The notes below the pieces were generated by a model. The model searched no databases, was not told the DNA's origin, and saw only the letters and a list, made by a program, of their open reading frames with translations. Source: Thermoanaerobaculia bacterium (lineage in GTDB: Bacteria > Acidobacteriota > Thermoanaerobaculia > UBA5066). Taken from it: a stretch of 64,000 nt of DNA. How positions within the stretch are numbered: position 1 is the stretch's first letter; every line of letters begins with the position of its first letter. The stretch lies in the NCBI GenBank assembly GCA_963816185.1, contig CAWFJJ010000001.1:161224-225223 (forward strand), in the 5' to 3' direction. The translations under genes and the position numbers were made by a program. Positions 45,375 through 54,080 of this stretch are shown here, piece after piece.

Positions 45375-47387
45375 CTAGCGCGCCCTTCCTAGGCGCGTGC
45401 GAAGCACGCGGCGCGCTAGCTGGGCGGCCTTCCAGACCCTCGAGCCGGCGATCGCGCTCAGCGTCTTTCCGAGCTCGTGTCGCTCGGCCACGAGGCTCGT
45501 GCGCGTGCGGTGCTCGAAGGCGAGGAGCTCGAGCGCGGCACGCTCGCCCGGCGACACCTCCCGCGCAGGAGGGAGCCGGTCCATGAACGCGCGGAAACGC
45601 GTGGCCGTGAGCTTCCATGTGAAGCGCCGAGCCGTCTCGACGCCCTTTGCCGCGAGTCGCTCTCGGAGCGCCGGATCGTCGAGCAGCCGCCGGATGCCCG
45701 CCTCGAGCGCCTTTGAATCCCGCGGGGGCACGACGAGCGCGTTGACTCCGTCGATCGCGTATTCGGCGGCGCCGCCGGAGTCTGTCAGGACGCACGCGGC
45801 CCCGCTCGCCATGCCCTCGAGCCCGATGAGGCCGAAGCCCTGGAAGAGAGAGGGATCGATCACGATGTGTACCGTCGAGAGGAGGTTCGGCACCGCGTCC
45901 CGCTGTATCGTGCCGAGATGCGTGTGCCGGAAGCGGGGCGCGTCGGCCGGCACCGTCGCGTGCCCGAAGAGGACGATGTCGACGCCGGGCCGGTTCGCGA
46001 TCTCGGCGAGCGCGGGAAGAAGGAACTTCATCCCACGCCGCTCGTCCTGCCGCAACATCGCGGTGATGCGGATCGGGGGGCCCGCCTGCCTGTCCCCCCG
46101 CGGGTAGTACACGTCGGGATCCGCGCTGATCGGGATGGGAGTCGCCACGTGTCCGTCGCGCGTCTCGATCTCGCGGGCGAGCCAGGTCGAGATCGTGACG
46201 ATGCGGGGTATGAGGTCGTACGTTCGCGCGACGTACTCGGGCGAGTCGAAGCCGAACCAGCCTTCGTAATCCTGGACGAAGTAGGCCGTCTGGATTCCGC
46301 GGGATGCCGCGGCGGCAGCCACGTGGGCTGCGGTCTGGTATCCCGTGGCGACGAGCAGCTTCGCGGGCGGGCAGCGTTCGAGGAATTCCGCCGCCGAGAG
46401 CCGAAGCGGCCGGAAGAAGAGCTCCATCTCGATTTCCGGCGGCACGGTCTCGAAGACGACGACGCCGGCGCGCACGCCCTGGAGCACGAGCGCGTTCGCG
46501 AGCTCGAGGACGTCCGCCACGCCCCCGTAGATCCCGAGGAGCGGCAGGACGAAGAGGACGTCGTAAGGAGCCGCCGGCTCGGAATCGGGCAGCGTCCACT
46601 CGAACGTCACGGCGTCGCGCACGGCGCCGAGCTCGTTCCTGCCGTTGAACTCGGCGAGCTCCTTCTCGTGCCGTTCACGCCAGCGGGACATCAGGATCCT
46701 GAGGTTCGCAGCGATCCGCACATCGGAATCGGGAAAGCTCGCGCCTTGGCGGTGGTGAATCCACGTGTCGTCGGCGACGACGCAGCGCCAGCCCGCCGCG
46801 CGCGCCCGGTAATGGAGGTCGGTCTCCTCGCAGTAGCCGCGTCCGAAGACCTCGTCGAAAACCCCGAGCGTGCGGATGACCTCGCGCCGCACGAGAAGGC
46901 AGTGGCCGACGATCGTCGTCGCATCGGGGTACCGCGCGGGGCTGGTCCGCGCGACGCGGCGGGCGAACGAGAAGACGTTCTCGCCGGGAGGGAGCTTCAC
47001 CGAGAGGTTCACGGCGCTGCCCGAGAGGGGGCAGCAGAGGCCGATCGCGGGATCCCCTTCGCAACGCGCCACCATCCGCTCGAGAGCGCCCTCCGTGAGA
47101 AGGGTGTCGGAATTCAGGAGGCAGACCCACGGCGCGTCGGAGAACAGGAGCCCGCGGTTCGCGGTCTTCACGAAGCCGAGATTCACCTCGTTTTCGAGGA
47201 GGACGATCCCTTCCTGCGCCCTCAGGAACTGCGTGGTCCGGTCGTTGCTCCCGTCGTTGACGACGACGACGCGCGCCCAGGAAGGGGCGAAGCGGCGCAC
47301 GCTCTCGAGGCAGTCGCGTGTCGAGCGGAGCGCGTTGTAGACCGGGATGACGAGGTCGCAGCGCACTCCCGCGGTTGGAACCGTCAT
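45375..47387 (-). CDS. Bifunctional glycosyltransferase (N-terminal GT2 + C-terminal GT4) with a C-terminal helical tail
   Basis: 670 aa from MTVPTAGVRCDLVIPVYN. The GT2 part has VVVNDGSND, CLLNSD and GHCLLVRREV. The GT4 part has GFGLIGLEGMASGAACVLTD. ATGA overlap with the next gene. Confidence 0.8.
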   Translation of the reverse strand: MTVPTAGVRCDLVIPVYNALRSTRDCLESVRRFAPSWARVVVVNDGSNDRTTQFLRAQEGIVLLENEVNLGFVKTANRGLLFSDAPWVCLLNSDTLLTEGALERMVARCEGDPAIGLCCPLSGSAVNLSVKLPPGENVFSFARRVARTSPARYPDATTIVGHCLLVRREVIRTLGVFDEVFGRGYCEETDLHYRARAAGWRCVVADDTWIHHRQGASFPDSDVRIAANLRILMSRWRERHEKELAEFNGRNELGAVRDAVTFEWTLPDSEPAAPYDVLFVLPLLGIYGGVADVLELANALVLQGVRAGVVVFETVPPEIEMELFFRPLRLSAAEFLERCPPAKLLVATGYQTAAHVAAAAASRGIQTAYFVQDYEGWFGFDSPEYVARTYDLIPRIVTISTWLAREIETRDGHVATPIPISADPDVYYPRGDRQAGPPIRITAMLRQDERRGMKFLLPALAEIANRPGVDIVLFGHATVPADAPRFRHTHLGTIQRDAVPNLLSTVHIVIDPSLFQGFGLIGLEGMASGAACVLTDSGGAAEYAIDGVNALVVPPRDSKALEAGIRRLLDDPALRERLAAKGVETARRFTWKLTATRFRAFMDRLPPAREVSPGERAALELLAFEHRTRTSLVAERHELGKTLSAIAGSRVWKAAQLARRVLRTRLGRAR

Positions 47388-48409
47388 CGCTTCAGGAGCT
47401 CCTTGAGCTTCCACCACGGTGTGAAGAGACGCCACGCGAGAGAGCTGTTCATGGCATCGACGGTCGCGCGAAGTCGGACGTTCTCGACGGCGAGCGCCTG
47501 CTCACGCGTCGCGGACTCTTCGCTCTGGCGCGCGGTGTGATCCCGTGTCGCACGCAGCTCGGCTTCGCGGGCGGCGGCCGCGGCGAGGGCCGCCCGGTCC
47601 GCCTCACTCCGCGCGCGGGCCTCTCCGGCTTCGCTCTCGAGGCTGTCGATGACGGCCATCTCGGTCGAAACCGACCGCCGAGCCGCATGTTTCTCGAAGA
47701 GGCGGCGGCGAGCCGTCTGCGCTTCCGCCGAGTGCCACGGAAAGGCGGCCGTGATGTTCGACGCGTCGTTACGGACCCGGTAGACGGCGGTGACGGAAGG
47801 CAGATGATGGAACCGCGTCCGCGCGGAGAGGCGGATGAGGAAATCCCAGTCCTCGAACTCGTCGAAGGTCTCGTCGAAGCCGCCGATCTCTTCCGCGAGT
47901 GCGCGGCGATGCGCGAGGCCGATGAGGGGAATGTCATTCTTGTAGAGGAGACGCGCGGCATCGAACGGCCTCCCGTAGACCGTGATCTCGCGCCCGCCGC
48001 GGTAACGACCGTCGTCGCCGAGCACCTGCTCGATCTGGCGGACGGACGTGTAGGCGGCGCGGTACTCGTCGCTGCCGTCGAGAAAACGCACCAGCGTGTC
48101 GAGATGAGCGGGCAGGTAGAGGTCGTCGTCGTCGAGATACGCCACGTACGTGCCGCGCGCGGCCGCGAGGCCGGCGTTCAGGGACCGCGTTCTCCCGCCC
48201 GGTGGAGGCGGAACGAGCACCTGGATGGCACGGCCCGGCGCAGGGTCGAGAAGTCCGGCCGGAAGGAGGCCGCCGTCGTTCACGAGAACGGTCTCGAAGT
48301 CGGAGAACGTCTGGGCGCGAAGGCTGTCGAGGGCCTCGGCGAGGAGGCTCGGCCGGTCCTTCGTCCGGAGCAGCACGGAAACGCGCGGCGCGCTTGCCTG
48401 ATCGACCAC
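47384..48409 (-). CDS. Glycosyltransferase family 2 with a C-terminal coiled-coil and a Trp-rich amphipathic tail
   Basis: GTG start. GT2 motifs VSVLLRTKDRP ... VLVNDGG ... YLDDDD. The last ~100 aa are heptad/Ala-Arg-Glu rich and end in SSLAWRLFTPWWKLKELLKR. Confidence 0.8.
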   Translation of the reverse strand: MVDQASAPRVSVLLRTKDRPSLLAEALDSLRAQTFSDFETVLVNDGGLLPAGLLDPAPGRAIQVLVPPPPGGRTRSLNAGLAAARGTYVAYLDDDDLYLPAHLDTLVRFLDGSDEYRAAYTSVRQIEQVLGDDGRYRGGREITVYGRPFDAARLLYKNDIPLIGLAHRRALAEEIGGFDETFDEFEDWDFLIRLSARTRFHHLPSVTAVYRVRNDASNITAAFPWHSAEAQTARRRLFEKHAARRSVSTEMAVIDSLESEAGEARARSEADRAALAAAAAREAELRATRDHTARQSEESATREQALAVENVRLRATVDAMNSSLAWRLFTPWWKLKELLKR

Positions 48410-48441
48410 TGAACTGATTGTAGGCGGTAAGCTTCCCCGAG

Positions 48442-49224
48442 ATGCCGTCCCCTGATTTTCCGGACGAGCGCGAACTCGTGCCTTACGAGGCGTCGACGTT
48501 CTTCGCGAGTCGCGTCGTCGTATTCGCCCCGCATCCGGACGACGAGGTCCTCGGCTGCGGCGGGGCGCTCGCGGACCTCCTCGACCGCGGGGCCCGCCTC
48601 GACGTCGTCCTCGTGACGGATGGCGCGGCGGGGGCGCGCGACGCCGAAGAGCGTGGGCGCATCGCGAAAACGCGGATGGAGGAATCGCGCCGGGCTCTCG
48701 ACGCGCTCGGCGGCGGGGCGTTGCATGCTGGCGGCTTTCCCGATCGCGGCCTCGCGGACCGGCTCGACGACGTCGAGGCGCTGCTCGAGAGATGGCTGCT
48801 CGAAGCGTCGCCCGACCTCGTTTTCGCGCCGTCGCCGGTCGAAACGCATCCCGATCATCGCGCGGTCGCTGCCTCTCTCCTCCGGCTGGCGGCGCGTCCC
48901 GCCGGCGATGCAGCGGCCCGGGCGCTGGAGGGGACGATCGTGGCGTTCTTCGAGCTCTCCCAGCCCTTCCGTCCCAACTTTCTCTTCGACGCCACTCGCG
49001 TCGCCGACCGCAAGGAGCGGGCGATGGCCGCGTTCTTTTCCCAGGCTGCCGAGCGAGACTACGCGGGGTTCGCAAGGGGTCTCAACGCCTACCGCCGGAT
49101 GACGCTTTCCGCGGACGTCGCCTCCGTCGAGGCGTACTCCGTGGCAGCCGGTTCCCGGCTTCGTCGCGACCCGGAAGGGGTCGTCCGGGCGCTCCTTCCC
49201 GTCGCGGCGGCAGGGAAGAGATAA
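48442..49224 (+). CDS. PIG-L/LmbE-family N-acetylglucosaminyl deacetylase
   Basis: 260 aa with the HPDDE motif (VVFAPHPDDEVLGCGG) and a later HPDH motif. Confidence 0.85.
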   Translation: MPSPDFPDERELVPYEASTFFASRVVVFAPHPDDEVLGCGGALADLLDRGARLDVVLVTDGAAGARDAEERGRIAKTRMEESRRALDALGGGALHAGGFPDRGLADRLDDVEALLERWLLEASPDLVFAPSPVETHPDHRAVAASLLRLAARPAGDAAARALEGTIVAFFELSQPFRPNFLFDATRVADRKERAMAAFFSQAAERDYAGFARGLNAYRRMTLSADVASVEAYSVAAGSRLRRDPEGVVRALLPVAAAGKR

Positions 49225-49325
49225 TGGCGTCCGGGACAGGGGACATTCGGTCCGAACGCGGCGGGCAGGGCCTTTGCATTTCCGCCAAGGGGACGTGGAT
49301 TGAAACCTCGTCCGGGAGCCCCAAA

Positions 49326-50429
49326 ATGGTCACTTCCTCTTCAGATCGAATCCGTCCGGCCCTCGTCGCCTGTGCCGCGCTCTGCGCGGCCCTTCTCGTG
49401 TTCCCCCGGGCTGCCAACGCCGCTGGACAGAGCGGCGGGCACGGAGGAGGTGGCGGAAGTCACTCCGGAGTAAGTCACTCCGGCGGGGGCCATGTGAGCA
49501 GCTCTCACTCCTCGGGCCGCACGACCGCCGCGTTCCACGGCGGCAGCCGCGGCGGATTCCATGGTGGGTTCCATGGCCGCGGTTTCCGCCACTTCCGCGG
49601 GGGCTTCTCTCCGTGGTGGGGCTGGGGTTGGGGTTGGGGCGGGTGGCCGTATGACTGGTGGTGGGGCGGCCCGAGCGTCTATGTCGTCACGGGCGATGAA
49701 GACGGCTATGTGGACGTCGCCGCGCGCACCGGTCGATACGCGATCGTGAAGACCGACGTCTCGCCCGAAGAGGCGCAGCTCTACCTCGACGGCAAGTACA
49801 TCGGCTCCGCCGACGACTTCGACGGAATGCCCGGCTACCTCTATCTCGGCCCCGGGAAATACCACCTCGAGTTCCGTCTGCCGAATTACACGACCTTCGC
49901 CACGGATCTCGACGTGACGCCGGGCCAGCGCGTGCGCCTCGACCAGAAGCTGAAGCTCGCGCCGGGCAAGAGCGCCCTCGACCAGTTCCCGCCCGAATCG
50001 AAGGGCACGCCTCTCGGCCGCGTCTTCGCAAAGGGCGCCGACGGGGCCGCTGAAGCGGCCCCGCCTCCGGGGCCTCAGGGGCCGCGGTACGGGACTCGCC
50101 GCGACGACGGATGGAGCGACCGCGACACCCCGCCTCAGGGCGAGGGAATGTCCGAGGAGCAGATGGACGCCCGGCCCGAGCCCCTGCCGCGGCGGGCCGC
50201 AAACCGCGCGCGCATGAGATTCAAGGTCACGCCCGAGGACGCCGCCGTCTACGTCGACGACAAATACCTCGGCGCGGGCGAAGATCTCGAGGCCAACCCG
50301 CGGGGCGTCGTCACGGATCCCGGCAAGCACACGATCACCGTCACGCGTCCCGGTTACAAGACGAAGACCGTCGACATCACCGTCCGCATCGGCGCCCCGG
50401 TGGACGTCGTCGTGGAGCTCGAGAAGTAA
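49326..50429 (+). CDS. Secreted protein with a Gly/His-rich and Trp-rich low-complexity region followed by two PEGA domains
   Basis: Signal peptide MVTSSSDRIRPALVACAALCAALLVFPRAANA. It has the runs GGHGGGGGSHSGVSHSGGGH and WWGWGWGWGGWPYDWWWGG. Two PEGA-like repeats (PEEAQLYLDGKYIG ... PGKYHLEF and PEDAAVYVDDKYLG ... PGKHTITV). Confidence 0.7.
   Translation: MVTSSSDRIRPALVACAALCAALLVFPRAANAAGQSGGHGGGGGSHSGVSHSGGGHVSSSHSSGRTTAAFHGGSRGGFHGGFHGRGFRHFRGGFSPWWGWGWGWGGWPYDWWWGGPSVYVVTGDEDGYVDVAARTGRYAIVKTDVSPEEAQLYLDGKYIGSADDFDGMPGYLYLGPGKYHLEFRLPNYTTFATDLDVTPGQRVRLDQKLKLAPGKSALDQFPPESKGTPLGRVFAKGADGAAEAAPPPGPQGPRYGTRRDDGWSDRDTPPQGEGMSEEQMDARPEPLPRRAANRARMRFKVTPEDAAVYVDDKYLGAGEDLEANPRGVVTDPGKHTITVTRPGYKTKTVDITVRIGAPVDVVVELEK
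49614..49670 (+). repeat. Trp/Gly codon-rich low-complexity tract (tggggttgg repeats)
   Basis: Read directly. It encodes WWGWGWGWGGWPYDWWWGG. Confidence 0.7.
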
Positions 50430-50457
50430 GACATCCCCGCGAATGCGGCGAAGAAGA

Positions 50458-50486
50458 GGGCCCGGGAAACCGGGCCCTTTTTGTTG
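50458..50486 (+). terminator. Rho-independent terminator
   Basis: gggcccgg-gaaa-ccgggccc followed by tttttgttg, 29 nt after the stop of the PEGA gene. Confidence 0.7.
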
Positions 50487-50708
50487 TCTGCAAGACCGAG
50501 TCGAGTACCCGGGTGATGCATCTGCATGTTCCGCGTGGCTTCTTTCGGCCCACAACTTGCGATGCACTCTGCAAACGTCGTTTTTGACGCGATTATGCCG
50601 ATTTTTGTCTTCCCTCGTTGATGGTCGACGCCGCGAATTCGTCGCGGTGATCCGACTGGAAGAAGCCCTCGCCTGTCGAGGGCGGTTGCCACAGGAAGGA
50701 CGTCAGTC

Positions 50709-51695
50709 ATGAAGCAATTCCAATCCGCGTTTACCCGTGGACTCATCTTTGCCGCTTTCCTGACCGTAGGGGTCGCGGAACCCGGCCGCGCGGAAGAAGC
50801 CACGCATGAAGCCGGCAAAGTGATTGACGTGAGCGCCTTCCGGGCCGCTCCCGACGCGGGGGTGACGGTCACGGGCGCTTCGACGAGCGAAAGCTCTGAC
50901 TCTCGGTCTCCGGAGATCGCGGCCGGCCGTGCCGCCCTCGCACAACCTGGCTGCACGATTTGTCTCGGGGGCACGGGGTCGATCCAGTGGAACGGAGCGA
51001 GCGGGTCTTTCCATGTCGACAGCATCACCAATAACCGCAGCTCCGGCACGAGCGGATCACTCGACCTGAGGGTGGCCCTTTCGAGCTCCTTTCCCGTGTA
51101 CGGCCAGACGCTGACCTATTACTCGTTCTCGGACACACTCTCGCTGAATCCGCTCGCCGCGGGGTACATGTATTCAAACGTCAACTCGGGGGCCGTCAAC
51201 TACCACGGAAGCTCCATTCCGGCGGGTCTGTATTGGCAGCTCCTCTACTTGCGGGAGTATCAGGGCGGGGGCGTCTACCAATACGCCGACTGGATTGTGA
51301 TGCCCAACAAGATCTCGTGCAATGGCTCCGGATGCTCCGTCGTTTCATCGTGCACCGAGGACGCCTACACGATGTGTCTCGTGAACGGGCGTTACCGGGT
51401 CACGAGCCACTGGAAGAACCAGTACGCCGGCGGGGCGACGGCGAATCTCTCCAAGGCGAAGCTGACGGACACGACGGGTGCTTTCTGGATCGCGGACGCG
51501 AACACCTACGAGTACCTGGTCAGGTTCAACACGGCGACGAATAACGGCAGAATCTGGGTCGCGATCCCCACGTTTACCGACGTCGAGTTCTGGGTGGATG
51601 TGACGGACACCGTCGGCGGGCAGAGCAAGGAGTACCACAGCCTTCCGGGGAACCAGACGCTGATCTACGACCCGTTCTTCTTCATCTATCCGTAG
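50709..51695 (+). CDS. Secreted hypothetical protein (Cys-containing, beta-rich)
   Basis: Signal peptide MKQFQSAFTRGLIFAAFLTVGVAEPGRA. No recognisable domain. Confidence 0.45.
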   Translation: MKQFQSAFTRGLIFAAFLTVGVAEPGRAEEATHEAGKVIDVSAFRAAPDAGVTVTGASTSESSDSRSPEIAAGRAALAQPGCTICLGGTGSIQWNGASGSFHVDSITNNRSSGTSGSLDLRVALSSSFPVYGQTLTYYSFSDTLSLNPLAAGYMYSNVNSGAVNYHGSSIPAGLYWQLLYLREYQGGGVYQYADWIVMPNKISCNGSGCSVVSSCTEDAYTMCLVNGRYRVTSHWKNQYAGGATANLSKAKLTDTTGAFWIADANTYEYLVRFNTATNNGRIWVAIPTFTDVEFWVDVTDTVGGQSKEYHSLPGNQTLIYDPFFFIYP

Positions 51696-51728
51696 ACGCG
51701 GGGCGGGGTCCGATATCCTGACGGGACC

Positions 51729-53261
51729 GTGTCGGTTCCTCGATCGGATCGCATCCCGCCCCTGTTGCTCGCTGCGTTCGCCGCCCTGGGGGCGTTGCCG
51801 GTCGTGCGCTCCCTCGTCGTCGCCGACGTCAACCTCTGCTACCCGTACATGACGGCGGACTCGTACGACTGGATCAGCAACGGCCTCTTCTGGTCGGGCA
51901 AGCCGGTCCTCGCGAGCCTGCGGCCGCCGGGGCTGCCCCTTGTCATCGCCGGGCTCTCGAGGCTCGGGGCGCTGTCGCTGCTCCCCGTCGTGAGCTTTCT
52001 CTTCCTCGGCCTCTCGACGGCTCTCCTCTACCTTCTCCTGAGGGAGCGGCACGACGCGTGGATCGCGGCGGCGGCCTCCTGGTTCTTCTTCGCGAACGAC
52101 GCCGTGCAGGACCTCGCGAGATACGTGCTGGCCGAGACCTACGCGACGCCCTTCGTCATCCTCGCGGCGCTCGCGTTCGTGCGCGCGGAACGCGACGTCC
52201 GGTGGTACCGCGTGATGGGAGGGGCGCTCGCGACCGCGTTCCTCTTCTCGTACGCCGCGGTTCCCGCGGGCATCGGGCTCGCGGTCGCCGTCGTCGCCGT
52301 GCGGGCCGGGGACGTGCGGAGCAAGGAGCTCTGGAAGGGCGCGCTGTCGACCGTGGTTGTCGCCCTCGGCTGGTTCGCCGTGCGCTCGTGGTTCCAACAC
52401 GCCCACCCGGACGCTCCTCGCCACGACTTCGAGGCGCTGCTCAGGCCGACGCTGTCGAACCTGACGTCGTACGCGATTTCCGGCGTCGCACTCCTCGGGC
52501 TCCTGCTGCTTCCGCTTTACGCGCTGGGGGCGTTGCGGCTCCTCGCCGGCGGCGTGGCCTCCCGCCGTTACCGGGCCGCGTCGATCTTCGCCGCCTCGGC
52601 GATCCTCGTCTTCATGGTCTTCTTCTACGACTGGGCCGACAAGCGATTCCTCGTCTACGTCCTCCCGTTCGCTACGTGCGCTTTCGCGGAGGGGCTCGAG
52701 AGTCTGCGGAGGTACGCAAAGCGAGGGCGCCTCGCGGCAACGGCGGCAGCCGCCTTCCTCGCCGCGTGTCTTCTCTGGAACCAGATCCGGTACCCGAGTT
52801 ACGGCTTTGGCTATCTCGCCCTGACGCCGGAGCGGTTCTTCGTGGCGGGGCGCACGACCGCGGCCAACCTGAAGACCGAGCTGCACCTGACGGGTGCGCA
52901 CCTCGTGCGCCTCCACGAGACGCTGGCCTCGAGTTTTTCGCGTGGGCTCTTCGATCCCCGTCCGCGCCCGGCGCCCTGTTCTCTCGCCGATCCCGCCTTC
53001 ACGTGCCTCGGGGCGCTCAAGGGTGCGGCGGACAGACTCCTCGCGGAGGGCCAGCCGATCGGATTCCGGCCGCCACAGAGCTGGCCCGCGGACAGGCTCG
53101 TGAGCTTCATTCGGCTCCGCAACATTTTCCTGAGGCCGATCGTCGATCCCGGAGCCGCCGACATCAGCCTGGCGGGTGTCGAGGCCGCACCGGGTGCGGA
53201 CTTCTCCCAGCCTCCGTTCGTGGCCCGCTGCGGGCCGTACGTACTCGTGCGGACGCGTTGA
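51729..53261 (+). CDS. Polytopic membrane protein. It is a candidate GT-C-fold glycosyltransferase or glycan ligase/polymerase.
   Basis: 510 aa with a GTG start. About 10 predicted TM helices in the first 330 aa, then a soluble C-terminal domain. The GT-C assignment is inference from architecture and locus context only. Confidence 0.4.
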   Translation: MSVPRSDRIPPLLLAAFAALGALPVVRSLVVADVNLCYPYMTADSYDWISNGLFWSGKPVLASLRPPGLPLVIAGLSRLGALSLLPVVSFLFLGLSTALLYLLLRERHDAWIAAAASWFFFANDAVQDLARYVLAETYATPFVILAALAFVRAERDVRWYRVMGGALATAFLFSYAAVPAGIGLAVAVVAVRAGDVRSKELWKGALSTVVVALGWFAVRSWFQHAHPDAPRHDFEALLRPTLSNLTSYAISGVALLGLLLLPLYALGALRLLAGGVASRRYRAASIFAASAILVFMVFFYDWADKRFLVYVLPFATCAFAEGLESLRRYAKRGRLAATAAAAFLAACLLWNQIRYPSYGFGYLALTPERFFVAGRTTAANLKTELHLTGAHLVRLHETLASSFSRGLFDPRPRPAPCSLADPAFTCLGALKGAADRLLAEGQPIGFRPPQSWPADRLVSFIRLRNIFLRPIVDPGAADISLAGVEAAPGADFSQPPFVARCGPYVLVRTR

Positions 53262-53323
53262 CGGTTAGTCGCCGAGCGAGAGTCGGAGGCGACGCATGGG
53301 GTATCGTGAGATTCAGAGACCCA

Positions 53324-54034
53324 ATGAAGTACGACGCCGTCATGGCCGCCCTTCGCGCGTTCGTCGTCGAGGGCGGCAAGCCCGAGAGCATCTTCCTTCT
53401 CACCGAAGGAGGAATGCGCGAGATCTACGATTGCATCGTCAAGAATCGGCTGCGCGCCTGCCTCGAGCTTGGGAGCGGATTCGGCGCGACGAGCTGTGTG
53501 ATGGGAGCGGCTGTGGCGGAGACGGGGGGCACCGTCACCACCATCGATCTTGCCCTCCACTGGCCCGCAAACGCCTCCACGTTGAAGGCGCACGTTGGAC
53601 TCGGTAACGAGCTCGAGGTCGTCGCGGATCCGCTCGGTTACAACTGGTACCTCGCCGACCTGATCGCAAAGCGGACCGTCAGCGGGAAGTGCGAGCCGCT
53701 GTTCGACTTCTGTTTCCTGGACGGCGCGCACGAGTGGGAGCCGGACGCTCTCGCAGTGATCCTCGCCGCGAAGCTCCTGAAGCCGGGCGGCTGGCTTGTC
53801 CTCGACGACCTCGACTTTGCTCTCCGGAGCATGCCGACGTGGAAGGAGTCGCACGGCCACCTGTCCGACCGCGAGCTCGACTCGTACCAACTCAAGATGG
53901 TCTGGGACCTCGTGATCAGACAACATCCCGACCTGACAGCCTTCGAAGTCACTGGGAACGGACGTATCGGCTGGGCGAGGAAGGTGGGCGTTTCGGCGGG
54001 CAAGGGATTGTTTTCCCGGCTCCTGGGCGGATGA
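53324..54034 (+). CDS. Class I SAM-dependent methyltransferase (O-methyltransferase-like, Methyltransf_24/TylF-type)
   Basis: SAM motif LELGSGFGATS. Acidic motif FCFLDGAHEWE. A possible GTG start at 53306. Confidence 0.7.
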   Translation: MKYDAVMAALRAFVVEGGKPESIFLLTEGGMREIYDCIVKNRLRACLELGSGFGATSCVMGAAVAETGGTVTTIDLALHWPANASTLKAHVGLGNELEVVADPLGYNWYLADLIAKRTVSGKCEPLFDFCFLDGAHEWEPDALAVILAAKLLKPGGWLVLDDLDFALRSMPTWKESHGHLSDRELDSYQLKMVWDLVIRQHPDLTAFEVTGNGRIGWARKVGVSAGKGLFSRLLGG

Positions 54035-54080
54035 CCGCCTCCTCCTCGCCTCGGACTCGCTGACCGTACAATTCCGTCGT

